Origin: Desulfobacteraceae bacterium | GTDB taxonomy: Bacteria; Desulfobacterota; Desulfobacteria; Desulfobacterales; SURF-7 | Reading direction: 5' to 3' | NCBI GenBank assembly: GCA_003599865.1 | Contig: QZKS01000012.1 | Location: forward strand, 5,875 to 69,874 | Length of the DNA: 64,000 nt | Part shown: positions 16,293 to 28,183 of the stretch, in pieces | How the letters are laid out: each line of letters opens with the position of its first letter | Numbering within the stretch: position 1 is the first letter of the stretch | Notes under the pieces: generated by a model | Seen by the model: only the letters and a program-made list of their open reading frames with translations | The model's database searches: none | Told to the model about the DNA's origin: nothing | Program-made: the position numbers and the translations under genes

Positions 16293-17372
16293 ATGTTTGA
16301 TAAATTATTAGGGGTTGAAGAACGGTTTTCAAAGGTAGAGCAATTGCTGAGTGACCCGAAAATCCTTCAGGACAGGGCGGCCTACCAGAAGTACAGCCGG
16401 GAGCATGCGGAACTCAATGAAGTTGTGACCACATTCCGGGCATATAAAAAATTACTGGCCGATCTGGAAGACAGCATGGAACTTCTCCGGGACAGTGATC
16501 CGGAAATGAAGGCACTGGCCAAAGAAGAGGTTGAATCCCTAACTGACCGGAAAGAAAACCTTGAAAATGAATTAACGAAACTGCTGATACCCAAAGACCC
16601 CAATGATGGAAAAAATATCATTCTTGAAATCCGTGCCGGCACCGGAGGAGATGAGGCGGGTCTGTTCGCTGCCGATCTTTTCAGAATGTACAGTAGATAT
16701 GCTGAAAACCGGGGATGGAAAGTTGAAATCATGAATCAGAGCATCTCCGGCGCAGGTGGTTTTAAAGAAATCATTGCCATGATTCACGGCAATGGCGCTT
16801 ATAGTGTATTCAAATATGAAAGCGGCACACACCGGGTCCAACGGGTTCCGGTTACAGAAGCCCAGGGCAGGATTCATACCTCGGCAGTCACGGTCGCTGT
16901 CCTACCCGAAGTGGAAGAGGTTGAACTCACCATCGACCCCAATGAAATCAAGTACGATGTTTTCCGGTCGTCCGGCCCCGGCGGACAAAGCGTCAATACC
17001 ACGGATTCGGCGGTACGGCTTACCCATCTGCCCACAGGGCTTGTTGTGACCTGCCAGGATGAAAAATCCCAGCACAAAAACAAAGTAAAAGCCATGAAAG
17101 TTCTTCGCGCCCGTCTTCTGGACAGGATGATCCAGGATCAGCATGATGAACGGTCTGAAGAGAGAAAAAGCCAGGTCGGTACCGGAGATCGAAGCGGAAG
17201 GATCCGGACCTACAATTTCCCCCAGGGACGTGTGACAGATCACCGGATTGGTCTGACGCTTTACAAACTGGAACATATTTTACAGGGGAACATTATGGAG
17301 CTGGTGGAAGGCCTAGCAACATACTATCAGGCCCAGGCCATGCAGAATGAAGATTCAATCGATGACCATTGA
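16293..17372 (+). CDS. prfA: Peptide chain release factor 1
   Basis: GGQ motif [11 protein letters not shown] and the RF1-type tripeptide region QRVPVTE are present; 359 aa. Confidence 0.95.
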   Translation: MFDKLLGVEERFSKVEQLLSDPKILQDRAAYQKYSREHAELNEVVTTFRAYKKLLADLEDSMELLRDSDPEMKALAKEEVESLTDRKENLENELTKLLIPKDPNDGKNIILEIRAGTGGDEAGLFAADLFRMYSRYAENRGWKVEIMNQSISGAGGFKEIIAMIHGNGAYSVFKYESGTHRVQRVPVTEAQGRIHTSAVTVAVLPEVEEVELTIDPNEIKYDVFRSSGPGGQSVNTTDSAVRLTHLPTGLVVTCQDEKSQHKNKVKAMKVLRARLLDRMIQDQHDERSEERKSQVGTGDRSGRIRTYNFPQGRVTDHRIGLTLYKLEHILQGNIMELVEGLATYYQAQAMQNEDSIDDH

Positions 17373-18240
17373 ACCGGAGTGGACCATCATCAAGCTGCTG
17401 AAGTGGACCGAATCCTACCTTGATTCCCATGATATCGACAGCCCGCGAATGACAGCGGAAATTCTTCTGGCATTCACGCTTCAGACAAAACGGATCAATC
17501 TTTATCTTCAGCACGATAAACCCCTTTCCCATGACGAACTGACCCGATTCAAGATGCTGATCAAAAGGCGGATCAGCCGTGAGCCGGTAGCGTATATCAC
17601 CGGCTCAAAAGGGTTCTGGACCTTTGATTTGGAAGTGACGAGGGATGTCCTGATTCCACGGCCCGATACGGAATGTATGGTTGAGACCGCTCTTGCCTTT
17701 CTGCCGGACCGGAAAACCGATCCGCCAAAACGAATCCTTGATCTTGGTACCGGGTCCGGTGCCATTATCATCTCCCTGGCATCCGAACGACCTTCCCATG
17801 AGTACGTTGCAACAGATCGATCCCCGGCAGCAGCGATCCTGGCAGCAAAAAACGCAGTAAAAAACGGATTGGGAGAAAAAATCTTTTTTTTCTGCAGCGA
17901 CTGGTTTCAAGGGATCCATCCACAACAAACATTTGACATCATTGTCTCCAACCCTCCCTACATTCCCACGGAAACCATCGCAAGCCTCGCTCCGGAAATC
18001 AACCGGTTTGAACCTCGCATGGCCCTTGATGGAGGTTATGACGGACTTTCAGACATCCGGAAAATCATTCATGCTGCTCCCGACCATATGAAACCTGAGG
18101 GCTACCTGCTTCTTGAAATCGGCTTTGATCAAATGAAGCCGGTTTCTGAAATTGCAGGGGATTCCGGCTTTTATACCGATATCGAATTCATTCAGGATGA
18201 TGCCGGCCATCATCGCGTCGTAAGGCTGAAAAAAAGCTAA
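17347..18240 (+). CDS. prmC: Release-factor glutamine N5-methyltransferase
   Basis: [10 protein letters not shown] and NPPYIP motifs. It overlaps the prfA end; the true start may be the ATG at 17362. Confidence 0.9.
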   Translation: MKIQSMTIEPEWTIIKLLKWTESYLDSHDIDSPRMTAEILLAFTLQTKRINLYLQHDKPLSHDELTRFKMLIKRRISREPVAYITGSKGFWTFDLEVTRDVLIPRPDTECMVETALAFLPDRKTDPPKRILDLGTGSGAIIISLASERPSHEYVATDRSPAAAILAAKNAVKNGLGEKIFFFCSDWFQGIHPQQTFDIIVSNPPYIPTETIASLAPEINRFEPRMALDGGYDGLSDIRKIIHAAPDHMKPEGYLLLEIGFDQMKPVSEIAGDSGFYTDIEFIQDDAGHHRVVRLKKS

Positions 18241-18406
18241 AAAATCATTGCACATCCTCTTATTATTTGATACTCATGTCAGGTTTACGGATCAACACAC
18301 GTCTTTTGATCTGTTCCCCGGTGCTTTTCATTCAAAACCGGAATAAAAGTCGGGAACGGAGATGACAGAGACGGAGGAAACAACCAACATCTGAAAGGAA
18401 AAAACA

Positions 18407-19285
18407 ATGGCCTACCTAACCATGAAAGAACTGCTCGAAGCAGGTGTTCACTTCGGTCATCAGACCAAACGATGGAACCCCAAAATGAAACCATATATTT
18501 TCGGGGCACGAAACGGCATCTACATTATCGATCTTCAAAAGACTGTTCGCATGTTCAAGGGAATCTATGATTTTGTCGTAGAGACCACTGCAAAAGGAAA
18601 AACGATTCTTTTTGTGGGAACCAAAAAACAGGCACGCGAATCCATTTACGAAGAAGCAAATCGATGTGAAATGTTTTATGTTCATAATCGTTGGCTTGGA
18701 GGAATGCTCACCAATTTCCAGACCATCAAAAAAAGTATCGATCGTCTGAACTATCTGAATGATCTTGAAAATGACGGCTCTATCAACATGTTCCCCAAAA
18801 AGGAACGGCTGAAACTCGGAAAGGAAAGAACAAAACTTGACAGCAGCCTTGGCGGAATCCGAAACATGCGCGGAGTTCCCGGAGCTATTTTTATTATTGA
18901 CCCCAAAAATGAAGCCATTGCCGTCCGTGAAGGACGCAGACTGGGTATTCCGATCATTGCCATTGCCGATACGAATTGCGATCCCGATGATGTTGACTAT
19001 CTCATTCCCGGCAATGATGATGCCATCCGGGCGATCCGCCTGATCACATCACGAATTGCCGACGCCTGTATTGAGGGAAGTCAGCGGTATGAAGAAAAGC
19101 AGCTCGCCAACGCAGACAAAAAAGAAATCGCTGCCCCCAAGGCTTCATCCGCGGGTTTGCAGCCGGGTGAACGAAAAATTATTTCAGACGGATCAACCGG
19201 TCCGGTAGTCGAAATCATCAGAAAATCAACAGCAGATGATGCAGCAACCGATACCTATGGTGACGCAGAATCGGCTGATGTATAG
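18407..19285 (+). CDS. rpsB: 30S ribosomal protein S2
   Basis: [19 protein letters not shown] and WLGGMLTN motifs identify it. Confidence 0.95.
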   Translation: MAYLTMKELLEAGVHFGHQTKRWNPKMKPYIFGARNGIYIIDLQKTVRMFKGIYDFVVETTAKGKTILFVGTKKQARESIYEEANRCEMFYVHNRWLGGMLTNFQTIKKSIDRLNYLNDLENDGSINMFPKKERLKLGKERTKLDSSLGGIRNMRGVPGAIFIIDPKNEAIAVREGRRLGIPIIAIADTNCDPDDVDYLIPGNDDAIRAIRLITSRIADACIEGSQRYEEKQLANADKKEIAAPKASSAGLQPGERKIISDGSTGPVVEIIRKSTADDAATDTYGDAESADV

Positions 19286-19305
19286 AGAATAACAGGAGAT
19301 CAGAC

Positions 19306-19902
19306 ATGTCTACAATCAGTGCAAAAATGGTAAAAGAGCTTCGGGATAAGACCGGAGCCGGAATGATGGACTGCAAGGAAGCGCTTACCGAATGTAACGG
19401 AGATATTGAAAAAGCGGTAGACTTTCTCAGGAAAAAAGGCATGGCAACTGCATTGAAAAGAGCCGGCCGCGGAACATCGGAAGGAACCATTCAGTCCTAT
19501 ATCCACATGGGCGGAAAAATCGGTGTGATTGTCGAAGTAAACTGCGAATCTGATTTTGTGGCAAAAAATGAAGATTTTATAGAGTTCACCAAAAACATTG
19601 CCATGCATATTGCCGCCACAAATCCGGCCGGAATTTCACCGGAGGATGTGCCCCGGGAAGTGATTGATCGTGAAAAGGCAGTGTACCGGGACCAGGCCTT
19701 AGAGATGGGAAAACCGGAAAATATGGTCGATAAGATCGTAGACGGCAAACTGAACAAGTTCTACAAAGAAGCGTGCCTGATGAATCAGGCTTATGTACGC
19801 AATCCGGACATCACCATTTCAGACCTGCTGAACGAAGTGATTGCCAAAATCGGTGAAAACATTAAAATCGCTCGTTTTTCTCGATTCCAGATCGGAGGAT
19901 AG
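19306..19902 (+). CDS. tsf: Elongation factor Ts (short form)
   Basis: [20 protein letters not shown] and the [14 protein letters not shown] motif identify it. Confidence 0.95.
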   Translation: MSTISAKMVKELRDKTGAGMMDCKEALTECNGDIEKAVDFLRKKGMATALKRAGRGTSEGTIQSYIHMGGKIGVIVEVNCESDFVAKNEDFIEFTKNIAMHIAATNPAGISPEDVPREVIDREKAVYRDQALEMGKPENMVDKIVDGKLNKFYKEACLMNQAYVRNPDITISDLLNEVIAKIGENIKIARFSRFQIGG

Positions 19903-19910
19903 GAGGCTTT

Positions 19911-20627
19911 TTGGCGCACCCGAATTACAAACGGATTCTGCTGAAGCTCAGCGGTGAAGCCCTGATGGGAGATCAGGGCTTTGGTATCAGCCCGGACATG
20001 ATCAAATTTGTTGCCGACGAGATTCGGTCTGTATATGATCTTGGTGTTCAGGTTGCCCTTGTTGTAGGCGGCGGCAATATATTCAGAGGCATTGCCGCAA
20101 GTTCCTATGGCATGGACAGAACGGCAGCAGACCACATGGGGATGCTGGCTACGGTGATCAACAGCATTGCGCTGCAGGATGCCCTTGAAAAAAAAGGAAT
20201 CCAGACCCGTGTCCAGTCGGCTATTTCCATGCATGAGGTTGCCGAACCCTATATTCTTCGCAGGGCTCTCCGGCACCTTGACAAAGGACGTGTTGTGATC
20301 TTTGGAGCCGGAACCGGGAATCCGTATTTTACGACAGACACGGCTGCTGTTCTCAGAGCCCAGGAAATTCATGCTGAAATCATTCTAAAAGCAACCAAGG
20401 TAGATGGGGTATATGATTCCGATCCGGTCCAAAACCCGAATGCCAGGTTTATCCGCGAAACAACCTATATGAATGTCCTGGAAAAACAGTTACACATAAT
20501 GGATATGACGGCTATCTCCCTTGCCATGGATAACAAACTCCCTCTTTCCATTTTTAAACTCACGGAAAAAGGCAACATGCGCCGGGTTGTATGCGGTGAA
20601 AATATCGGGACCAGAATTACCGGATAG
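19911..20627 (+). CDS. pyrH: UMP kinase
   Basis: [12 protein letters not shown] and [10 protein letters not shown] motifs. TTG start preceded by GGAGGATAGGAGG. Confidence 0.95.
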   Translation: MAHPNYKRILLKLSGEALMGDQGFGISPDMIKFVADEIRSVYDLGVQVALVVGGGNIFRGIAASSYGMDRTAADHMGMLATVINSIALQDALEKKGIQTRVQSAISMHEVAEPYILRRALRHLDKGRVVIFGAGTGNPYFTTDTAAVLRAQEIHAEIILKATKVDGVYDSDPVQNPNARFIRETTYMNVLEKQLHIMDMTAISLAMDNKLPLSIFKLTEKGNMRRVVCGENIGTRITG

Positions 20628-20697
20628 TGGAGAACAATCAGGAGTAGACTCAGCTTATCTGAAAACAAAACCAACAGCAATCGGATGGTGAACCGCT

Positions 20698-21255
20698 ATG
20701 ATTGATTCAATTTATGAAGAGACCAGAGACAAAATGGGAAAGGCCCTTTCCTCCCTGGAAAGCGAACTGAAAAAAGTCAGGACCGGTCGCGCCTCCCTGA
20801 ATATTTTTGATGGTATCCGCGTTGATTATTACGGCACACTGACCCCTTTGAACCAGATGGCCTCACTTGCTGTTCCGGAAAGCCGCCTGATTACAATACA
20901 GCCATGGGATGCGACTGTTCTCAAGGATATTGAAAAGGCCCTTTTGAAATCCAATCTGGGCTTGACCCCCTCCAACGACGGCAAGATCATTCGAATTGCC
21001 ATCCCTCCCCTGACGGAAGAACGCCGTAAAGAGATTGTCAAACAGGTTCATAAAATGTGTGAAGACCGGAAGGTGGTAGTTCGGAATATCCGGCGCGATT
21101 CCAATGAAATGGCAAAAGAGCTGAAAAAAGACGGTGAAATCTCCGAAGATGACAGCTTCAGGGCCCAGGAGCAGATCCAGAAAATAACTGATGAATTCAT
21201 CAAGCTGGTTGATGAGGCCTACAACAAAAAAGAGAAAGAGATCCTTGAATTCTGA
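20698..21255 (+). CDS. frr: Ribosome recycling factor
   Basis: LKKVRTGRASLNIFDGIRVDYYG and IPPLTEERRKE motifs identify it. Confidence 0.95.
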   Translation: MIDSIYEETRDKMGKALSSLESELKKVRTGRASLNIFDGIRVDYYGTLTPLNQMASLAVPESRLITIQPWDATVLKDIEKALLKSNLGLTPSNDGKIIRIAIPPLTEERRKEIVKQVHKMCEDRKVVVRNIRRDSNEMAKELKKDGEISEDDSFRAQEQIQKITDEFIKLVDEAYNKKEKEILEF

Positions 21256-21994
21256 TCAAACGGTTCACGGGGCTTGTGATCTTGATCCTGCAGGACTTCC
21301 GGTTCATGTTGCCATTATTATGGATGGCAATGGGAGATGGGCGAAAAAAAGGCTGCTCAATCGGGTGAAAGGCCATGAGCAGGGATCGGAAACCGTTCGG
21401 ACCATCGTCAGAACAAGCCGTGAGATTGGCATACGGTACCTGACCCTGTATGCATTTTCCACGGAAAACTGGGAACGACCCAAATCGGAAGTTTCCGCAC
21501 TGATGACCCTGCTCAACCGCTTTCTGATCAATGAGCGCAAGGAAATGCAGGATAACGATATCCGGCTGTTTGCCATTGGACAGCTGGATCGCCTGCCTGA
21601 GCCGGTTATCACAACACTGAAAGAAACCATGAAGCTGACCCGGGACAACAAGGGGATGCAGCTTACACTGTCCCTGAGTTATGGCAGCCGGTCGGAAATT
21701 GTGGATATGGTCCGTGCCATTGCCCGGGAAGCATGCCAGGGAAAAATATCGACCGAACTCATCAACGAAAATCTTGTTTCCAGCCATCTGAACACCTGCA
21801 ACATGCCCGACCCGGACCTTCTGATCCGCACCAGCGGAGAGATGCGGATCAGCAATTTTCTTCTCTGGCAGATAGCCTATTCCGAAATTTTTATTACCAA
21901 AACACTCTGGCCGGATTTCAGCAAGGAAGAGTATCTTCAGATTTTAAAAGAATACCAGAGCCGGGATCGCCGGTTCGGTAAGATAAAAACCTGA
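21245..21994 (+). CDS. uppS: Undecaprenyl diphosphate synthase (cis-prenyltransferase)
   Basis: HVAIIMDGNGRWA, YLTLYAFSTENW and RTSGEMRISNFLLWQ motifs. No in-frame start follows the frr stop, so the TTG at 21245 (11-nt overlap, GAAAGAG upstream) is preferred over the track start at 21191. The start remains uncertain. Confidence 0.9.
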   Translation: MNSDQTVHGACDLDPAGLPVHVAIIMDGNGRWAKKRLLNRVKGHEQGSETVRTIVRTSREIGIRYLTLYAFSTENWERPKSEVSALMTLLNRFLINERKEMQDNDIRLFAIGQLDRLPEPVITTLKETMKLTRDNKGMQLTLSLSYGSRSEIVDMVRAIAREACQGKISTELINENLVSSHLNTCNMPDPDLLIRTSGEMRISNFLLWQIAYSEIFITKTLWPDFSKEEYLQILKEYQSRDRRFGKIKT

Positions 21995-22053
21995 ATGTCG
22001 ATGATTCACATTAGCCAATTTTTCTCATACACCCCAAAACCGGCAGTTACCTT

Positions 22054-22863
22054 ATGCATTTAAAAAGATGGATTACAGGACTTGTTGCATTGCCTTTCCT
22101 GGCTGGTATCATTTATCTGGGCGGCCTTTTGTTTACGGTTTTTATCGGGATTGTATCCATTGTCGCATTATGGGAATATTATCGAATCGTTTTCAATCCG
22201 GATCAAAAATCCCTGATTACACCCATCACCATCACCGGCTTTACAACCGCGCCATTGATGATCTTTGCCGCTCATGCCGACCGGTTTCATGTAATCCTGG
22301 GGTTGATCACGATCAACCTGATGATTACCGCTTTTGCAGCAATCGTCCTGTTTAAAAACAACCCCTCCATCCTTCAGGATGTCTTCAAACAGGCTCTTGG
22401 AATTATTTATGCCCCTCTTCTGCTGACCAATATCATCCTGATCCGCAACAGCCAGGATGGCGTAACCTGGATATTCTTTCTGTTCTTTCTTGTTTTTGCC
22501 GCAGATATCGGGGCATTTTATGCCGGTTCTTTTTTCGGCAGACATAAACTCTGCCCTGCAGTGAGTCCGGGCAAAACCATCGAAGGTGCCATGGGCGGTA
22601 TTCTTCTCACCACCATTGTCGGCCTGGGGTTTCAACATTTTTTCCTGCCGGGGATATCCATCCTGATTTCATTGTGTCTCTGCATCTGTGTCGGGGTGAT
22701 CGGCCCCATTGGTGATCTTTTTGAATCGATTCTGAAACGCGTCGGAAACATTAAAGATTCCGGATCCATTCTTCCGGGGCATGGCGGAATACTGGATCGT
22801 ATTGATGCCATTTTATTTGTGCTGCCGGTTCTCTACTTTTTCAAGGAGCATCTTGTTTCCTAA
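22054..22863 (+). CDS. cdsA: Phosphatidate cytidylyltransferase
   Basis: Polytopic membrane protein with the CdsA signature SILKRVGNIKDSGSILPGHGGILDRID. Confidence 0.9.
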   Translation: MHLKRWITGLVALPFLAGIIYLGGLLFTVFIGIVSIVALWEYYRIVFNPDQKSLITPITITGFTTAPLMIFAAHADRFHVILGLITINLMITAFAAIVLFKNNPSILQDVFKQALGIIYAPLLLTNIILIRNSQDGVTWIFFLFFLVFAADIGAFYAGSFFGRHKLCPAVSPGKTIEGAMGGILLTTIVGLGFQHFFLPGISILISLCLCICVGVIGPIGDLFESILKRVGNIKDSGSILPGHGGILDRIDAILFVLPVLYFFKEHLVS

Positions 22864-24056
22864 TGGATCGGTCCTTTCCCATCAAACATATTTCCATTTT
22901 GGGCTCAACCGGTTCCATTGGCAGGAATGTACTGGAAATTGCCGCCATGTTTCCGGAACGATTTGTGATTGAAGCCCTTGCGGCAAAAAACAATATTGAT
23001 ATTCTGGCCGGACAGATCCGGCAGTTTCGTCCCAAACTGGTTTCGCTGTTTGATGAATCCTCCGCCGACCGCTTACAAAAACAATTACCCAAAGACATTT
23101 CCGTTCAAATCCTGTTTGGCGATGAGGGCTATAAGGCGGTTGCCACCCACCACGCAGTCGATATCGTTGTATCTTCAATGGTCGGTGCTGCCGGGCTTTT
23201 CCCCACGCTGGCTGCCATACGGTCCGGCAAGGATATCGCTCTGGCCAACAAGGAGACCCTTGTCATGGCCGGAGAAATCGTCATGCAGGAGGCCCGGAAA
23301 CACAACGTCAGGATCCTGCCCGTCGACAGTGAGCACAGTGCCGTTTTTCAGTGCATTGCCGGACAGAGGCCATCCGAAATTGCCAAAATTCTGCTGACGG
23401 CCTCCGGCGGTCCGTTTCTCAATCGGCCCGGACATACGTTTGATACCATCCGGCTTGCCGATGCCCTGAATCATCCCAACTGGGATATGGGAAAAAAAAT
23501 CACCATTGATTCCGCCACACTGATGAACAAGGGCCTTGAGGTCATTGAGGCCAAACACCTTTTTGCGATATCCGAAGACCGGATTGAGGTGGTGGTTCAT
23601 CCCCAGAGCATCATTCATTCCATGGTTTCCTTCCATGACGGGTCCGTACTCGCACAGCTTGGTATTCCGGATATGAAAGGGGCTATTGCCTATGCCCTGT
23701 CCTGGCCGGAAAGGCTTGCCCTCAAGCAGCCGGTTCCGGATTTTGCGGCGATCGGAAGCCTTCATTTTCAACGGCCTGATCTGGAAAAATTCCCCTGCCT
23801 TGCTTATGCATATGAGGCCTGCAGAAAGGGAGGAACCCTTCCGGCAGTTCTCAATGCCGCCAATGAAATAGCGGTGCAGGCGTTTCTGGACAGCAGGCTG
23901 CCGTTCATACGAATCCCGGATGTGATCCGCCGGACCATGGACAGCCATCAGATTGACAAACAGCCAAAACTGTCGGATATTAAAAATGCAGATCAATGGG
24001 CCAGGCTTCAAGCCGGTGAGTTCATCAACCGCATCGAATCATCAGGAAAATCCTGA
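22863..24056 (+). CDS. dxr: 1-deoxy-D-xylulose 5-phosphate reductoisomerase
   Basis: ILGSTGSIG, LANKETLV, PVDSEHSA and NAANE motifs. TAATG overlap with cdsA. Confidence 0.95.
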   Translation: MDRSFPIKHISILGSTGSIGRNVLEIAAMFPERFVIEALAAKNNIDILAGQIRQFRPKLVSLFDESSADRLQKQLPKDISVQILFGDEGYKAVATHHAVDIVVSSMVGAAGLFPTLAAIRSGKDIALANKETLVMAGEIVMQEARKHNVRILPVDSEHSAVFQCIAGQRPSEIAKILLTASGGPFLNRPGHTFDTIRLADALNHPNWDMGKKITIDSATLMNKGLEVIEAKHLFAISEDRIEVVVHPQSIIHSMVSFHDGSVLAQLGIPDMKGAIAYALSWPERLALKQPVPDFAAIGSLHFQRPDLEKFPCLAYAYEACRKGGTLPAVLNAANEIAVQAFLDSRLPFIRIPDVIRRTMDSHQIDKQPKLSDIKNADQWARLQAGEFINRIESSGKS

Positions 24057-24074
24057 ACAGGAACGGTTTTCAAT

Positions 24075-25169
24075 ATGAGTTATTTTTTTTCATTTATTAT
24101 TGTTTTGGGGGTGTTGATTTTTGTCCATGAACTGGGGCATTTTCTGGTCGCACGGTTCTTCGGCGTTGGTGTCGAGAAATTTTCCCTTGGTTTTGGTCCG
24201 AAAATTTTCGGCAAAAAAATCGGCATCACCGATTACCGGATATCGGCCATCCCTCTTGGCGGATATGTCAAAATGATCGGCGAGGAACCGGATGCCGAGC
24301 TTGACCCCAAAGACATCCCCCTTTCTTTTACGCATAAACATGTCCTGAAACGAATCTGCATTGTCGCAGCAGGCCCCTTGTTTAATTTTCTGCTGGCCAT
24401 CGTTATCTTCTTCGGCTTTTTCCAGATCTACGGTACCCATACCCTAAAGCCCATAGTGGGTAAGGTTCAGGAGGAATCCCCTGCGGAAAAAAGCGGGCTT
24501 CAACAAGGGGATCTGATCTTTGCCATCAACAATGAAAATGTCTCCACCTGGGAGGAAATGGCGGAACGGATCGGGCAGAGCAATGGGGGAATCCTGGCGA
24601 TTTCCATCAAACGCGGTGATGAGATCCGGACCTTTACGGTTGAACCGGTTTTAAAAGCGGATAAAAATCTGTTCGGAGAAGAAATCGAACGGTATATCGT
24701 CGGAATCACCGCGTCCGGTGAGGTGTTTTCCAGAAAACTGAATCCGATCCAGGCTTTTTCAGAAAGCCTTTCCCATACCTACAAAGTCACAGTCCTCATG
24801 TTCGTCGGAATCGGCAAGCTGATTCAGGGTTCGATTTCCGCAGACAACCTCGGCGGACCGATCATGATCGCACAGATGGCCGGTGACCAGGCAAAGGAAG
24901 GTTTTGAGAATCTTTTATATTTTATCGCCTTTATCAGTATCAATCTGGCCATTCTCAATTTTCTGCCGATCCCGGTACTGGATGGCGGACATCTTCTGTT
25001 TTTCTTCATTGAAGCGGTCCGGGGACGTCCGGTCAGCATCCGGGTCCGGGAGATTGCGCAGCAGGGCGGAATGTTTGTGTTGCTTTTGCTCATGATATTT
25101 GTTTTCTATAATGACGTGATGCGATACAACGTAATGAATTACATCGGTAATGCGTTGAACTTCTTTTAA
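24075..25169 (+). CDS. rseP: RIP site-2 metalloprotease RseP
   Basis: HELGHF zinc motif, a central PDZ-like segment, and the C-terminal NLAILNFLPIPVLDGG motif. Confidence 0.9.
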   Translation: MSYFFSFIIVLGVLIFVHELGHFLVARFFGVGVEKFSLGFGPKIFGKKIGITDYRISAIPLGGYVKMIGEEPDAELDPKDIPLSFTHKHVLKRICIVAAGPLFNFLLAIVIFFGFFQIYGTHTLKPIVGKVQEESPAEKSGLQQGDLIFAINNENVSTWEEMAERIGQSNGGILAISIKRGDEIRTFTVEPVLKADKNLFGEEIERYIVGITASGEVFSRKLNPIQAFSESLSHTYKVTVLMFVGIGKLIQGSISADNLGGPIMIAQMAGDQAKEGFENLLYFIAFISINLAILNFLPIPVLDGGHLLFFFIEAVRGRPVSIRVREIAQQGGMFVLLLLMIFVFYNDVMRYNVMNYIGNALNFF

Positions 25170-28100
25170 TGGAACGAGTCAAACCTATGCCAAACCAACT
25201 TGAAATCACACTGAAGCCGGATCTGGCGGATGCGGAAGGTCAAAAGATCTGTCAAAAGGCAAGAGACTATTTTGGTTTTGAACTGACATCGGTTCGAACC
25301 GTCCATGTCATTACCATCGATGCGCAACTGACCCCGGATCAGCTCGCAGCCGTTCAATCGGAAATATTCACCAACCCGGTCAGCCAGATATCTTCCTATT
25401 CCCCGCTTTCCATTGATTTCGACTGGACCATCTGGGTCGGCTTCCGGCCGGGTGTCCGGGATAACCCCGGAAGCACGGCTGTCGAAGCCATGGAAGACCA
25501 GCTCCGGGTCAAACTCGGACCGGATGAGGCGGTGTATACCTCCAGACGGTATTGTATCCAGGCGCCCCATCTCACCTATGAAGATGTGGATAAAATTGCC
25601 GGTGAGCTTCTGGCAAACGATATCATCCAGCAGTGGCGGATTATCGCAAAAAAGGACTGGGACCCGGCCATCGGAACCGGAATCATCATTCCCAGGGTTC
25701 AGCTGGAGCATGTTCCCACCGTCACCACCATTCCCATTGACAGTGACCGGACCCTTCAACGGATCAGCGTGGAACGGAATCTTGCCCTGAATCCCAATGA
25801 TATTCCCACCATCCGATCCTATTTTCTGAATCCGGAAGTCCGTTCACAGCGGGCCGAGGTCGGACTTTCCGACCCCACCGATATCGAACTGGAATACATC
25901 TCCCAGGCCAGAAGCGATCATTGCAACCATAATACCTTCAGGGGGTGCTTCCATTATACGGATATGGAGACCGGGAAAAAAGAAGTGGTCGACAATCTCT
26001 TCAAGACCTGTATTGAGGCCCCTACTCTTTCGTTGAAAGAGAAAAAACCATGGGTGGTTTCCGTATTGTGGGACAACGCCGGTGCCGGACAATTTGATTC
26101 CGATCATTATTATGTCATTACCGGGGAAACCCACAACTCTCCATCCAACATGGAAGCCTATGGCGGCGCCATTACCGGCATTGTCGGCGTTTACCGCGAT
26201 CCCCTGGGGACCGGAAAGGGTTCCCGGCTCATCATGGGAAGCTACGGATATTGTGTGGGACACCGGGATTATCACGGAGAATTGAAACCGCGCCTTCACC
26301 CGAGGCGGCTTCTGGACGGCGTCATCGAAGGGGTAAAGGACGGGGGCAACAAAAGCGGCATTCCCACAACCTTCGGCCAGGTGCTGTTCCATGACGGCTA
26401 TATGGGCAAATGCCTGGTCTTTGTCACGGCCCTGGGGATCATGCCTGCAACGGTAAAAGGCAAGCCGGCGGAACAGAAAACAACCTCTCCGGGTGAACTG
26501 ATCGTCATGTGCGGAGGCCGGGTCGGAAAAGACGGTATTCATGGCGTGACCGCATCATCGGAAACCTTTTCCGCAAACACACCGGCCGGTCATGTTCAGA
26601 TCGGCGACCCGTATACCCAGAAAAAAATGCATGATTTCCTTCTGGAAGCACGGGATGAAGGCCTGATTCCCTTTATTACCGATAACGGCGGCGGGGGGTT
26701 GTCTTCTTCTGTCGGAGAATCCGCAGAGGGCGCCGGAGGTTGCCGTGTGCAACTGGAGAAGGTTCCCCTGAAATATGAAGGTCTGGACCAATGGGAAATC
26801 TGGATTTCCGAATCCCAGGAAAGAATGACCGTTGCCGTCAAACCGGAACATCTGGACCGTTTCATGGCCCTGTCCCGGAAACATGCGGTGGAAAGTACCG
26901 TGATCGGCAACTATACGGATTCCGGCAGACTTCATATCACCTACAATGACAAAACCTGTGCCTGCATCGACCTGAATCTCATGTCCTCGGGATTCCCTCA
27001 ATGGCAGTTTGAAGCCCAATGGTTTTCACCAAAAGCCCGCGGCCTTGCAGAACCCGTGATCGGAGAACCCCGGGATTACAATTCTCTTCTTGCAGATATC
27101 CTGGAAAGGCCCAATATCTGCTCCAAGGAGTGGATCACCAGACAGTATGATCACGAGGTGCAGGGCAGCAGCGTCGTCAAACCGCTGGTGGGCGCGGAAA
27201 GAGATATGAACAGCGATGCCTCCGTGATCCGGCCGGTTCTCCATTCGGAAAAAGGCCTTGCTTTTGCCCAGAGCCTCCTGCCGTCCTACTCCGCCATAGA
27301 CGCATACCATATGACCGGCTGCACCATCGATGAAGCGGTCAGAAGGCTCATAGCCGTGGGCGCCGACCCGGAGCAGATCGGCGGCGTGGACAATTTCTGC
27401 TGGCCGGATATCCAGTATCACCCGAACAAAAACCCGGACGGAAAATTCAAGGCAGCCCAGCTTGTCCGTTCCTGCAAGGCGCTGAAAGAGACCTGTCTTG
27501 CCTATGGCATTCCGCTGCTGTCCGGAAAAGACAGCATGTATGTGGACGGTCATCTGACCGGCCCGTATGGCGAAACCCGAAAGGTATCCGCACTTCCCAC
27601 CATGCAGTTTTCCGCCACCAGCATCGTGACGGATATCCAGAACTGCGTGACCATGGATGTCAAAATTCCGGGTGACCTGATTTACATCCTGGGAATCACA
27701 AAAGATGAACTGGGCGCATCGGAATACTATGAACATTTTGGGTATGTGGGCTCCCATGTCCCGAATATCTTTCCGGAACGGTTTTTTCCCGTATACATAG
27801 CCCTGAACCGGGGGATAACCCGGAACATCATTGCATCGGCTCACGGAATCTACCGGGGAGGTCTTGCGGTGCACCTTGCCATGAAAGCCATGGGCGGAAA
27901 TCTCGGGATGGAAATCAACCTGTCCAAGGTCCTGTCGGAAGGTGTGGACCGGAACGACACCCTTTTGTTCTCCGAATCCGCCGGACGACTGATCGTAACC
28001 ATTGATCCGAAAAATCGGCAGGCCTTTGAGAAACTGTTTCAGGATCTGCCCGCTGCTATGATCGGAACGGTTACCGATACCGGAAAACTTGTCATCAACG

Positions 28101-28183
28101 GAATCAACAGCCAAAAAATCATATCCTTATCTGTTCAGGATCTGAAAGCCGCCTGGAAACGCCCGTTTGGAGATCTGATATGA
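25169..28183 (+). CDS. purL: Phosphoribosylformylglycinamidine synthase, PurL with fused N-terminal PurS-like segment
   Basis: 1,004 aa. The N-terminal ~85 aa (LEITLKPDLADAEGQ...SEIFTNPV) is PurS-like, followed by AIR-synthase-like repeats (SDHCNHNTF, ETHNSPS, DNGGGGLSS). Confidence 0.9.
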   Translation: MERVKPMPNQLEITLKPDLADAEGQKICQKARDYFGFELTSVRTVHVITIDAQLTPDQLAAVQSEIFTNPVSQISSYSPLSIDFDWTIWVGFRPGVRDNPGSTAVEAMEDQLRVKLGPDEAVYTSRRYCIQAPHLTYEDVDKIAGELLANDIIQQWRIIAKKDWDPAIGTGIIIPRVQLEHVPTVTTIPIDSDRTLQRISVERNLALNPNDIPTIRSYFLNPEVRSQRAEVGLSDPTDIELEYISQARSDHCNHNTFRGCFHYTDMETGKKEVVDNLFKTCIEAPTLSLKEKKPWVVSVLWDNAGAGQFDSDHYYVITGETHNSPSNMEAYGGAITGIVGVYRDPLGTGKGSRLIMGSYGYCVGHRDYHGELKPRLHPRRLLDGVIEGVKDGGNKSGIPTTFGQVLFHDGYMGKCLVFVTALGIMPATVKGKPAEQKTTSPGELIVMCGGRVGKDGIHGVTASSETFSANTPAGHVQIGDPYTQKKMHDFLLEARDEGLIPFITDNGGGGLSSSVGESAEGAGGCRVQLEKVPLKYEGLDQWEIWISESQERMTVAVKPEHLDRFMALSRKHAVESTVIGNYTDSGRLHITYNDKTCACIDLNLMSSGFPQWQFEAQWFSPKARGLAEPVIGEPRDYNSLLADILERPNICSKEWITRQYDHEVQGSSVVKPLVGAERDMNSDASVIRPVLHSEKGLAFAQSLLPSYSAIDAYHMTGCTIDEAVRRLIAVGADPEQIGGVDNFCWPDIQYHPNKNPDGKFKAAQLVRSCKALKETCLAYGIPLLSGKDSMYVDGHLTGPYGETRKVSALPTMQFSATSIVTDIQNCVTMDVKIPGDLIYILGITKDELGASEYYEHFGYVGSHVPNIFPERFFPVYIALNRGITRNIIASAHGIYRGGLAVHLAMKAMGGNLGMEINLSKVLSEGVDRNDTLLFSESAGRLIVTIDPKNRQAFEKLFQDLPAAMIGTVTDTGKLVINGINSQKIISLSVQDLKAAWKRPFGDLI

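Noticed and set aside
16088-16300. 70-aa plus-strand ORF between rpmE and prfA.
   Set aside because: It overlaps the 3' end of rpmE in another frame and spans the rpmE terminator (16170-16197). It has no RBS.
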